DNA of 64,000 bases from Tubulanus polymorphus (taxonomy: Eukaryota; Animalia; Nemertea), in contig NC_134025.1 in NCBI RefSeq assembly GCF_964204645.1, forward strand, positions 15,624,001-15,688,000. The letters run 5' to 3'. The translations under genes were made by a program, and so were the position numbers. A model generated the notes under the pieces. The model had not been told where the DNA came from. It saw only the letters and a list, made by a program, of their open reading frames with translations, and did no database searches. This document shows, in pieces, positions 49,679 through 60,495 of this stretch. Within the stretch, counting starts at the first letter, position 1. The number at the start of each line of letters is the position of its first letter.

Positions 49679-50960
49679 ATGGGGTTTCCAAAAGCTTTCC
49701 AATATAATAAATCAATTAAATATAATATTCCTGCAATAGATTTTAAGAAAAATATTACATATAGAAATGAAGTTTTAAATTCATTAATTGATTTATATAT
49801 TTATGTTACTGAAAGTAATAATTTTCACGTAAAGATGGAAAATATATTTCATGTGTATACAATTTATTTCAAAAATTTAAAATCTAATATAAAGTATTGG
49901 CAGAACCAATTAAATTTTGCTGTTTATTGCGCAACAACAGGATGTGGAATAAGTTGGAATGATCATTTAAACAAACCAAGTTTACCATTGATGGTATTAC
50001 TTTTTAGATTTCATATATATTTTCAAATAAAATTAATATTAGATGAATTAGAATGTCCTTTACCAAGTTCAAAATATTTTAAAGAATTGAATAATAATAT
50101 TAATTTTCCTAAGTTTTATAAAATATGTAATGAATTTAATATTAATTCAAATAAAGATTTTAGAGCAAAAATTGGAACAATGGGTGGATTAGGAATATTA
50201 TATACTAAAGAATTTGGAAAAATAATGACAAATTCAGATATAAGAACACTAAACTGGAATGAATTACCAAAATATTATAATAATGTACAACAACAAAATA
50301 ATAATGGTTAGGTTAATTTCATTTTAGAAAATAGTGAAGGTGTTACTGTAGCTGGTATACAAAGAATAAATCAATCTATTAGAACTTATTTGATATGTAT
50401 TTTAGGTGCGCAAGTTGAAACAAGATCCCCAATAATTGGAAATGATAACACTTCATTCGATGCGCAGAAACAATTCAAAGTATTATTTGAAGATTCAATT
50501 CATAATGATAAAAATAGATCTATTCCAGAAAACATTGTAAGATATCAAAATTATTTAGATAAATCACATATTAGATTAAATTATTGTATAGGCCCTAATC
50601 TATTAATTATTTCTAATGTATTAAAGATGGGAAATATAATTGGTTACAATAATCTAATTAAAACTGCAACAATAAATAATTCATTTGGATTAAATGATAT
50701 AAATAAAAAGATTATTACTGCTCCAAAATTAATTGAAGGTGAAAAAAATTAAAAACATATTCAATCAACAGAAACTAAAACTAATAATATTAAATTGAAT
50801 AATGATTCTAAAATAAAAGATTACAATACATCAGAAAATATTAGAACTGATAATATTCAACATGATATAATTAAACTAAATGATGATAATAAATCCCATG
50901 AAAATGCTAAATTAGCTTTAACTTGTATAGGAATTGTAATCGGAGGAATATTATATTTTA
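49679..50960 (+). pseudogene. Conserved Polinton protein (WQNQLNFAVYCATTGCG motif) interrupted by stops
   Basis: ORFs 49679-50311 and 50390-50752 are in the same frame, separated by a TAG; C-terminal transmembrane segment near 50910-50960. Confidence 0.65.
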
Positions 50961-50984
50961 AATTTTAATTTTTTTATTATTTTA

Positions 50985-52437
50985 ATGGCAGAAGGTGGAG
51001 GAGATTATGAAATGGAAAACAGGGGAAATAATGATGATGCCAATACTAACAATGATGATTATATGACTGCTGATACTAATATTGATAATGATAATGATAC
51101 AACATATAATTCTAATTTAGCAGAGAGTGGTTCTAAAGCCCCATCAACAGATGAACATGATAGAAGAACTAGATCGAGAATACCTATTGAAAATTTAGAC
51201 CAAGGTTTAGAAAGAGAAAATATAGAAAATTATGAATTTATGTATGATTTTCAACGTGTATTTAAAGATTCTGGATATAATATAAATGATAGAGGCGCCA
51301 GACGTTTAGTAAAAGAATTAAAGTTTTTAGATGGTGAATATTATTATAAATTGAAAGATGATTATTATATTAACATCTCTTAAAATTCAAGACAAAATAT
51401 TAGCAAAATCAACTTTGCTTAGGTTAGACCTATCTAAAATTAAAAGAATAAGAAATAGTAATGAACCAGAAGATGTAACACAAGAATTAATTGATAAAAA
51501 TGAAAATGTATTTAAACAAAGAATTAAAAAATTATTTGAAACAATCAAAGATAATCCAGAAGCAGAAACAACTTCCGAACAGAATAAAATTTTCAAAACT
51601 AGTAAACTTAAATCAAACACTGAAGTTCAAACTGAAAAACTTTTACCGAAGGGATTACTTGATTCAACAGATCAAGAAATAGAAGCTTTAAGTATGTTTT
51701 CTAAAAAAAACAATTAGAGAAATAATAAGTATACGAGATGAAGCTGATAAAATTGCACGCGAAGAACATATTAGATATAATAAAATTAAACCTTTAGAAA
51801 ATAAATTATTTGACACCAGAAAAGAATTAGAACAATTAAAATTAGATAGAGAATTTAAAGTTATTGAAGAAATTGAATTTAAAAAAAGAAATGCATATTT
51901 AGAAAAAGAAATTGATGATTTAGAATATAACATAGAATTTCAGAAAGAAAAAATGAAATTATTATTAAATCATATGATTATTGTATTAATAGATTAAAAG
52001 TTGTTGTTAAAGAGTTAATACTGAAACCAAATTCTGAAATATCACTAAAAGATAGAATAAAATTATTATTTAAGTTTGAAGGAATCACAATTCTTTCAAT
52101 TCTAACAGCTGTAACTATGTTATTTACAACAATTGGTTTAGCAATATCAAATTCTTTGAAATCTACTCCTACTCCCAATAAACCAGATAAACCTCCAAGC
52201 AATAATTCTATACAAGATAAAGTTAAGGATGGTTTAAAGAAATTAGCAAAATATTTATGGGAACTATCAAAGAAATCTGCTGCAGCATTACCAGGAGTTA
52301 TTGCATCAATTGTTGGTTTTATATTGAAATCTGCAGGAAACATTATTAACTTTGCTGCTGAACATATTATTTTATTTTTAATTACAGTTGTAAGTGCTAT
52401 TATTTTTGGATTAGTAAACATGATAAAAAATAAATGA
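50985..52437 (+). pseudogene. Coiled-coil protein with C-terminal amphipathic/TM helices (putative membrane-active virion protein), frameshifted
   Basis: Fragments 50985-51383, 51358-51717, ...DRIKLLFKFEGITILSILTA...LAKYLWELSKKSAAALPGVIASIVGFI. Confidence 0.6.
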
Positions 52438-52457
52438 TTAATTTTTTTGTTAAATAA

Positions 52458-53705
52458 AAGAGTGGGAGTTATATCAATCCTTCTAAGAATCATAGAATAT
52501 CTAATGCTATTAAAGCAGAAAGATCACATCATATAATTACACATAATCCTTCTAATATTAATCCTGATGAAACTTTATATGTTAGAATTCCTCGATTAAC
52601 ACAAAATACTTTTTATGTTCCAAATAGTAATTATTTATCAGCCGATATAAAAGTAATCGGTAATAATAATAATTATGTTGTTGATAATGTTGGAAGGTAT
52701 TTGATTAAAAAGTTAACAATAAAGATTGGTCCAGAAACCGTTTTCTCATTAGATGATTATAATTTATTTATGCATTATAAAGATTTATGGTTAACTAAAG
52801 AAAATAGAAATAATATGATATTTCAAGGCATCCAATCAGAAAACCAAAATAAATTAAGATCAGGAGCTAATGACGCAATAGCAACTCGCACCGCAGATAA
52901 TTTCATAAAAAAGATTTATGGAAGCAAATATAAAATTCCATTAGACTTTGAATTGATAAATAACAATGCACCTTTATATAAATATGCAATTCAAGAAGAT
53001 GTTATATTCGAAATAACATTTGTTCCTGTAAATGGAATTGTATTATCTAGCGTTGTTAAAGATATGGGTTATAAATTATCGAATATATGTTTAGAATATG
53101 ATACAGTAACTGATGAAAATATTTCAAGTATAATTCAAACTAAATACAATCAAGGATTTTCATTATTATATGATTATATTGATAAATTTAAAACTGTAAC
53201 TATTAATGCAAATGATGAAATTATTAATGAGAGTATTAACTTCCCAAGAAGATCTATTAAAGGTATATTAATATTTTTTACCATTGCAACATATACTAAT
53301 GGCGCAATAAATGTTGATAATTATTATAATCCTGAAATAACAAAAGTAGAAATAACTATCGAAGGAATAGCAAATAAAATATTTTGTCAAGGAATGAGAA
53401 TGATAGATCAGTGGCCAGAAATTAGAAAACATTTTATGAATGAAAAAGTAAAATCATCTGAAAATTGTAATATTAATCAAATTGATTATTATACCGGTAA
53501 TAAATATGCATTATGGTTAGATTTTAGAACAACAGAGGATAATTCATTACATGGTTCTGGAAAAAAATTACAAAATACAAAAGATGGAATACAATTATTC
53601 ATGACAAAGAATAAAGGAATCAAACATTTTAAAATGCATATTTATATTATATCTGACGCGCAATTAAATATTGTAAATTCTCAATTGAATAGTGTTATGT
53701 ATTAG
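52458..53705 (+). CDS. Major capsid protein (double jelly-roll); start codon apparently mutated ATG to AAG
   Basis: Open frame from 52458: SYINPSKNHR...THNPSNINPDETLYVRIPRL...VDNVGRYLIKK...YKIPLDF...YKLSNICLEYD...LWLDFRT...LHGSG. Confidence 0.8.
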   Translation, partial: KSGSYINPSKNHRISNAIKAERSHHIITHNPSNINPDETLYVRIPRLTQNTFYVPNSNYLSADIKVIGNNNNYVVDNVGRYLIKKLTIKIGPETVFSLDDYNLFMHYKDLWLTKENRNNMIFQGIQSENQNKLRSGANDAIATRTADNFIKKIYGSKYKIPLDFELINNNAPLYKYAIQEDVIFEITFVPVNGIVLSSVVKDMGYKLSNICLEYDTVTDENISSIIQTKYNQGFSLLYDYIDKFKTVTINANDEIINESINFPRRSIKGILIFFTIATYTNGAINVDNYYNPEITKVEITIEGIANKIFCQGMRMIDQWPEIRKHFMNEKVKSSENCNINQIDYYTGNKYALWLDFRTTEDNSLHGSGKKLQNTKDGIQLFMTKNKGIKHFKMHIYIISDAQLNIVNSQLNSVMY

Positions 53706-53737
53706 AATTTCAACTTTAATAAAAATTTATATAATAA

Positions 53738-54259
53738 ATGGAAGGAGGTAAAGTATATAAACATATTCCATACATCGATACACATGCAAATAATGATGGT
53801 TTATATTATGTGATACCTTGTAATATAGCTTTGATATTTGATCCTATTTTCAAAATTTATGAAACTAAACTAATAGAAATAGATAATAATAAAAGTGAAG
53901 TTGTTGATGATTTAAGTAATGTAATACCTTCTACATCTAATAATGTAATACCTACTACATCTAATAATGTAACACCTACTACATCTAATAATGTAATACC
54001 TTCTACATCTAATAATGTAATACCTTCTACATCTAATAATGAAATAATATTAAATTATGGTGAAAATAAAAATTATTGTGGATATTGTAATGGTGAATTT
54101 TCAAACGCTCCATCTAATTGGAATAAACATATGAATACAAAGGTACACATTACTAATGCGGTAGAAAGGATGAAAAAGTATAAAAATAAAACAACTATTG
54201 ACGATGATACGGTAGAGAATTTGAATAAATTGTTAGGGTCTGATAGTGAAAGTGATTAA
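53738..54259 (+). CDS. Zinc-finger protein with five 9-aa (SNNVIPSTS-type) repeats
   Basis: 27-bp tandem repeats at ~53913-54040; CGYC...HMNTKVH. Confidence 0.7.
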   Translation: MEGGKVYKHIPYIDTHANNDGLYYVIPCNIALIFDPIFKIYETKLIEIDNNKSEVVDDLSNVIPSTSNNVIPTTSNNVTPTTSNNVIPSTSNNVIPSTSNNEIILNYGENKNYCGYCNGEFSNAPSNWNKHMNTKVHITNAVERMKKYKNKTTIDDDTVENLNKLLGSDSESD

Positions 54260-54672
54260 AATATTAATTATATTTAACACAAATAATAATATTGGTGGAA
54301 AATTGTATAAAATAATAGTAAATAAAAAGGGGGTTTTAAGTATTTAAGGTATTTAAGGTATCTAATACATATCTAATACATATCTAATACAATCTAATAC
54401 ATAAAATATCTTATTTTATAAACTGATATTCATATGGAAATTGAAACCTCAGTAATAATAAATAACCTTTATTATTTTCAAACTTATTCATATATTAGTT
54501 GAAAAAATAAAAATAAATTGGTTGAAAATTGTATAAAAAATATTTATTTTAAAAAAGGGGGTTTTAAGTATTTAAGGTATCTAATAGGATATCAGGTATT
54601 AGGGTATCTAATAGGGTATCAGGTATTAGGGTATCATGTATTAGGGTATCTAATACATAGGTATATAACTAG

Positions 54673-55284
54673 TTATTTTATATATTTATATTCATATGGA
54701 AATTGTAGTCTCAGTAATAATTTTGAACCTTTATTATTCTTTAATTTATTCATATATTCATCATGTTATTCAGTAGGTATAATTTGATTTTCTTCCAATG
54801 ATTGTTGCATAGATTTTCTATCTTTGTTATAAAATAAAACTAGAAATCTAATGTTTTCTCTAAAGTCTTTAACAATTGAATTATATTTTTGATTTAAAAC
54901 CCATGTTGTAATCCCAAAATGTCTCCCAGAGAAAGCTAGATAACATAACTCACTTTCTCTAACTTTTGAATCATGTAAATTTGCGCAATCATCTATGATA
55001 AATAATGTAGTTGATCCTTTATAAGTATCAATTGCTATTTTTATACAATTATCTAAATTTTCTTTTACTGTTTTAGGATTTAATATAATAAACTTTTTTA
55101 TCTTAACTATATCTCTATTATATGTTTTATTCATTTCATAAGTAGGACAAAATAATATTATATTATTAAAATGATTCTTATAAATAGTTTCTAACAAGTC
55201 TAATATGAAATGTGTTTTACCACAATTGGTTACTCCAGTAACTTACATATTATGCGGTTCAAATATAAATAAATCTTTATTCAT
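54673..55284 (-). pseudogene. A32/FtsK-like DNA packaging ATPase
   Basis: Walker A GVTNCGKT, Walker B FIIDD, GRH, NQKY; in-frame stops just before Walker A and at 54766. Confidence 0.88.
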
Positions 55285-56376
55285 TTATTCTTTTAATTTT
55301 ACTAGATAAAATCCATTCATTAAATTTATCATCATATCCCTATATTTCACCAAAGAATACTTTTTTACTTTAAGAGTTTTTGTTTTCAATACTTTTTCTA
55401 TTTTGTATTCTATTTCATCTGGATTTGGTACAAGTGATAATTCTTGTTCATAGAAATATCCTAATATTTCTTCATCTTTTAGATCTTCTAGTTTATAAAC
55501 AAATGGTTTAGTTAATATTATCTTTTTAATCTTGAATATTTCTTCTGTAAAATTTGGGGTATAACCTTTATAAAATGTTTTTCTATATTTAGATATTCTA
55601 ACGTGTTGTCCAATTTTAAATTTAGGTTCTCCGAAATCATGTGTAACAAATGCTCCATATAAATTATTCCAAACTATTTCTGAATTATCTTCTTTTCTAG
55701 CTTGTATAGGTTTCATACCAATACTTGAATGTTTAGAATTATTATAACCTTTCACTAAATCATCTAACACATCGATATATTTATATGTTTCATTAGCAGT
55801 AAAATATTTCCACATTCTAGTTTTCAATGTTTTATTAAATCTTTCTATAATAGATGCTTTTTTATCTGAATGTGTTGAAAAATAATCTACATCGTTATCA
55901 GATAATAGTTTTTTAAAATGTTTGTTATAAAATTCCTTACCTTCATCAAATTGTATCTTATCTGGAATAGCTTCTTTAAATATATTCTTAAAAGCGTTTG
56001 TAACTTCTATTCCGGTTTTATTTTTGATTGGAATTGACCATGCGTATCGACTGAATATATCTATAACATTTAATATCCAGAAATATCCTTTGTTGTATTC
56101 CTCTAAGTTCTTCATGTCAATTAAATCTGCTTGCCATTGTTAATCGATATATGAAACCATAACTTTTCTTATTAAATAAGTTTTATCCATTTTCTTGTGG
56201 ATTTGATATGTTGGTTGATTTGGTAACCATGATTTCAACTCACTATATTTTATATTTTCATTATCAGATTTAATTTTACTCCATAATTCTGAAACGTTAG
56301 AATATGATACTTCACTTTCTGGGTTATAATATAACTCTCTTAAATATTGTTCTTTTTTCGTCTTATTTTAATCCAT
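55285..56376 (-). pseudogene. Retroviral-like (rve) integrase with C-terminal chromodomain
   Basis: YYNP..., WQADLIDM, IDIFSRYAW, QFDEGKEF, IERFNKTLK, HSSIGMKP, chromo YKIEKVL; two nonsense codons in the N-terminal part. Confidence 0.9.
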
Positions 56377-56735
56377 TAATAATAGTTTAGATTTAGTTTC
56401 AATGGCTTTATGATTTGACTTATTTTCTGGTATAATAGGTTTATTGTCATTGGAATCATATTTATCATCAGATTTGAATTTTGATTTATATATTACACCG
56501 GATAATATGATAATTGTTACTAATCCAATTGTAATATATAATTTATAATTACTTCCAGCATTAGAAGAATCAGATGGATTATTACTTGAATCAATATCAG
56601 CTAAAGTCTGTGATTCATTTATATCAGTTAATTTCTTTGTCTTAGCTTTTTTAATTCTGAAGATCTTTTACCTAATTCTCTTGCCCATTTAATTTGTTTC
56701 TCGGATCTAGCCTTTTTCTTAACTCCATCACTCAT
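56377..56735 (-). pseudogene. Small basic protein with a transmembrane segment, frameshifted
   Basis: MSDGVKKKARSEKQIKWARELGKRS... then YITIGLVTIIILSGVI. Confidence 0.5.
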
Positions 56736-57330
56736 TTATTTTAGTTAATTTTTGTTCTGATTCATTTTCTGTTTCACTGTTTGGTTGTAGTACATCTGTT
56801 TCGTTCTTACCTGATTTATATTCCATAGGCTTGATATTCGAAAATGTAATGACGCCAGTAGAAATTAATGTCATAACCGATCCTAATTGAAATGAAGCAT
56901 AACCAACCCATTTTTGTAATTCAGTCATAACTAAATAGTCATTTTTCAAATCACTATATAATTTATTTTCATCATTAATTGGTATTAACTGGTTACATAA
57001 CTTAGAATAACATTTGACAATACCATCTGAAATAGAATCATTTATTCTAGCTGATCTTGCTTCTTCATAAATCTTAAAATATTTTATTACTTTATCGGGT
57101 TTCATAGAGTCTAATTCTTGAAAAGTAATAATTCTATTTAAAAACTCTTTAGTTTTTCCACCGGCAATCAATAGTTCTAGATGATGCTTACAATATAAAT
57201 AGTATTCATAATCTATATTACAATTAACTTGAGCACAATTAGTTACAACTGTATCTTTATTATCACATATACCCAAATCATCTAATGTTTTTTCAATATC
57301 AATACTATTCTTATTAGTTTTCTTTGACAT
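56728..57330 (-). CDS. Conserved hypothetical Polinton protein
   Basis: Intact 200-aa ORF (LELLIAGGKTKEFL...DLKNDYLV) with the T-run/TAAATG motif. Confidence 0.65.
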   Translation of the reverse strand: MSKKTNKNSIDIEKTLDDLGICDNKDTVVTNCAQVNCNIDYEYYLYCKHHLELLIAGGKTKEFLNRIITFQELDSMKPDKVIKYFKIYEEARSARINDSISDGIVKCYSKLCNQLIPINDENKLYSDLKNDYLVMTELQKWVGYASFQLGSVMTLISTGVITFSNIKPMEYKSGKNETDVLQPNSETENESEQKLTKINE

Positions 57331-57631
57331 TTATATTAGAAAAAAAAGCAAAGAAGATATTATAAGTATTCTTCAAATGATACTAGCTAGTTAAAGCTAA
57401 AGAATTCTAGTATTGACTACTGATACTAGCTATTTGAATTTAAAGAATTTCTATTTGAATCTATTCAAAATATAAAGTATTCTCTTTTTGAAAAGAAAAT
57501 ATTAAAAATATAATAGAATTCACTAGCAGTTGAAGTTATTGTTTTTTTAATATATTTTATTTGAATTCTATTTGATATCTCACTACTTTTGTTTATCTAT
57601 TAGGAGCAGTAATTATAACTGTCCAGATAAG

Positions 57632-57847
57632 TCATTTCGGATCCTTGATATCAAATTCCTCAACGTATTGTTCATTATTTGGATCATTGTTCCATTGATC
57701 AATAAATTTCTTTGCATTTGTTAACTGTTCTAAATATAACTGTAAATCTAGTTTATTAGATTTGATTTGATTTTCTTTCTTTTCAAGAGGTCTTAAATTT
57801 TTCAAATTCCAAACAAGTTTTTTATTGTATTCATCATTCCTTTCCAT
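57632..57847 (-). pseudogene. Truncated duplicate of the HNH protein C-terminus
   Basis: YNKKLVWNLKNLRPLEKKENQIKSNKLDLQLYL is nearly identical to the end of 59621-60274. Confidence 0.8.
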
Positions 57848-58052
57848 TTATAAATCAAATTTTTATTAAAATTGATTAACATTTTAGAATCCTCTTCCAT
57901 TTCTTCGACTAACGTCATCCTTTTTCATTCCTCGCTGCTTTTTATGTCATTTCGGATCCTCGATAATAAATCCTCAACTGAAAATCAATTCAACGAAACG
58001 ACTGGTGGAAATATTATTTCATAAACACATATATTTATTATGTAAATTTTAG

Positions 58053-58385
58053 CGATCGATAATAGAACAATGGAGAACAATAGAAAAGCGGTCCAATCGG
58101 ACCGGTTATTGCGCAATACACAGTTATATTTTTATTCTGTAAACTACAGCATTCAAACATAGAAATGTAACCAATCAATATTGAGCAGCTGTTTCCGTCA
58201 ACAACGATCAATAATAGAACAATGGAGAACAATAGAAATGCGGCTAATCGGACCGGTTATTGCGCAATACTTAGTTAACAGTAAACAATCAATACAGAAC
58301 AACCGCCGCCATTAACAACGATCAATAATAGAACAATGGAGAACAATAGAAAAGCGGTTCAATCGGACCGGTTATTGCGCAATAC
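58053..58385. promoter_or_regulatory. Three ~66-bp direct repeats with Sox-like (AACAAT) and C/EBP-like (ATTGCGCAAT) motifs
   Basis: Units at 58053, 58205, 58319. Confidence 0.55.
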
Positions 58386-58480
58386 TTAGTCAACAGTAAA
58401 CAATACAATATTAAAACAGATATATACAATCGGGATTACATTTTTGATATCTATATTACAAAGACCTTCAGTGTTATAAT

Positions 58481-59209
58481 TTATAATTTTGTCCAGAATT
58501 CTTTAATCACTGGATTGTTTCCAATAATTTCTTCAATTTCTGGTAAATATCTGACTACTTCACTAAATGCTAATCCTAATATTTTGAATTTTTCATATTT
58601 TATTAATCTACCTACTCTTCTCAGTTTTCTTTCAAAGCCGGCACTGATATCTATGTTCTTTTTAACCCACAGCCCCCAAGAAATCCCCTCATTTTCTTTA
58701 TCAAACATTGAAAACCCTATATTTAGATAACCCCCGAAAATGATGTGGTCCCATAGGTGATTTGCTTTTCTATTTAATATGGTTTTATAACTTTTTTTTA
58801 AGATATCAGTAATTTCAGCAAATGAAATAACTTCTACACTTTGTATTTCCAGAAAGTTTAAATGATCTGTGTCAATGATTAATTTAGATTTTAAAAACTC
58901 GTTCAACTCTTCTCCACTCATTTTCTTAGTTTTCGATTCTTTGAGTCCCAACAGCAATTTAAGTCGCATTGCTGGTAATTTTGGTAATTGTAGTTCGCGC
59001 GGTAATTGTTTATTATGTATTACATCACTCAAAATTTTCACCATTTCTTGATGATAGTCCAAATGTTCTTGTAATTTTTGTGAAGTTTGTTCGTCAATTA
59101 CGAGAGTTTTATCCTCCATTTCTATTGATTCCTGTGTTTCACTATCCATCGTTTCTGGTTCCTCTTCCGATGGTTGACTTGGAATTTCTGGTTGTTCTCT
59201 GTATTCCAT
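58481..59209 (-). CDS. Hypothetical protein (242 aa, acidic N-terminus)
   Basis: Intact ORF inside the Polinton. Confidence 0.65.
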   Translation of the reverse strand: MEYREQPEIPSQPSEEEPETMDSETQESIEMEDKTLVIDEQTSQKLQEHLDYHQEMVKILSDVIHNKQLPRELQLPKLPAMRLKLLLGLKESKTKKMSGEELNEFLKSKLIIDTDHLNFLEIQSVEVISFAEITDILKKSYKTILNRKANHLWDHIIFGGYLNIGFSMFDKENEGISWGLWVKKNIDISAGFERKLRRVGRLIKYEKFKILGLAFSEVVRYLPEIEEIIGNNPVIKEFWTKL

Positions 59210-59620
59210 TTTAATCTAAAAGATGTCGTGAAAATGAATTACTGTACTTAAATATGTTTAAAGGTTTCCCTACTTCATAATATATGTACTTACATTTAGA
59301 TTTAGAACTGTAAACTGTGTTTTGAGAGAGAATATCCAATACGTAGTATGTATGTGAAAGTTGATTTCTAACTGCCGACGTGGCGCACGTTCAACCAAAC
59401 TAATTACTTCTGCATGTTTGCCTGGATTGTAACAGATGTTCCTTTGTGATGTAATTGATTAATCCTTTTCAACTGAAATAGCACATTCGATCAATATTCA
59501 AATGAGGTGCGCCCCATTCAAGTGAATATGAAATACGGCACAGATGTTTTTGTAAACAACCTAATACAATTACATATAGGCGGTTTGACATAGATCGAGA
59601 GTAACCGGTTTTCTAAGCGC

Positions 59621-60274
59621 TTAAGCTCCAACGTATTTTTCATTATGTGTTGAATTCCATAATTCAACAAATGTCTTTGCTTTATCCAGTTGATCTAAAT
59701 ATAACTGTAAATCTAGTTTATTAGATTTAATTATATTTTCTTTCTTTTCTAAAGGCCTTAAATTTTTCCAGTTCCATATTAGCTTCTTATTATAATCATC
59801 ACTCATGTCAAATTTAGAAATCGGCAACACATGATCAATATGAAAGTATTCACCATAATTATCTATATTCATTTTATCATCGAATTGATATATTATCCAT
59901 GATATGAAAAATTCATCTGAACAACCCAATAAATTAGATAGTGTTTCTGAATGCGTTTCTTTGTTGAATAATTGTGTTAATCTAGATCTTAAACATTGTT
60001 TTAATCTAAAATTAAGATCTGTTTGATATCTTTCTCTCATATATTCTGTCATATAATCATTATAAGCTTCTCTATTATCATCTCGATATTGTTTGGTATA
60101 TAGTTTAGTACAAGTTTTACAGCAATATTGAAAACCATCTTTGCTAATCTTACGCTTATTAAATTCTGTTATAGCTAATTTATCTATTTCACATTTAGAA
60201 CACTTCTTGTAGTATATGTTTATGACACCAGTGTTATTTGTAATATTGATAGTTTGTAGTTGTTCTGATTCCAT
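59621..60274 (-). CDS. HNH endonuclease of the type common in large DNA viruses
   Basis: N-terminal CSKC...CKTC; LLGCS...NYGEYFHIDHVLPISKFD...NWKNLRPL...EN..KSNK. Confidence 0.8.
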   Translation of the reverse strand: MESEQLQTINITNNTGVINIYYKKCSKCEIDKLAITEFNKRKISKDGFQYCCKTCTKLYTKQYRDDNREAYNDYMTEYMRERYQTDLNFRLKQCLRSRLTQLFNKETHSETLSNLLGCSDEFFISWIIYQFDDKMNIDNYGEYFHIDHVLPISKFDMSDDYNKKLIWNWKNLRPLEKKENIIKSNKLDLQLYLDQLDKAKTFVELWNSTHNEKYVGA

Positions 60275-60495
60275 TTATTATACATATTTTTTTTACTAAA
60301 TTGATTTTAGAAGTTCAATGATTTATATCATGTATTATTTCAATCACACTTTACTTACACTTTTAATGTTTAAAATCTAACTCATACAAATATGAATATT
60401 GAAATAATGTTGTAGATATATACTTTTATATTGAATAATTTGTCAATTTAAATGTTATTCATTTATATTTTATTCATGTATATGAATGTTTTAAG
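60275..60495. repeat. Right subterminal inverted repeat
   Basis: Reverse complement of 42779-43010 with indels. Confidence 0.88.

Noticed and set aside
51387-52493. Minus-strand ORFs overlapping the Polinton coiled-coil gene
   Set aside because: Antisense shadows of the plus-strand coding frame.
58053-58385. CRISPR-like repeat/spacer array
   Set aside because: Only three long repeats, unequal and partly homologous spacers, no cas genes, eukaryotic context.
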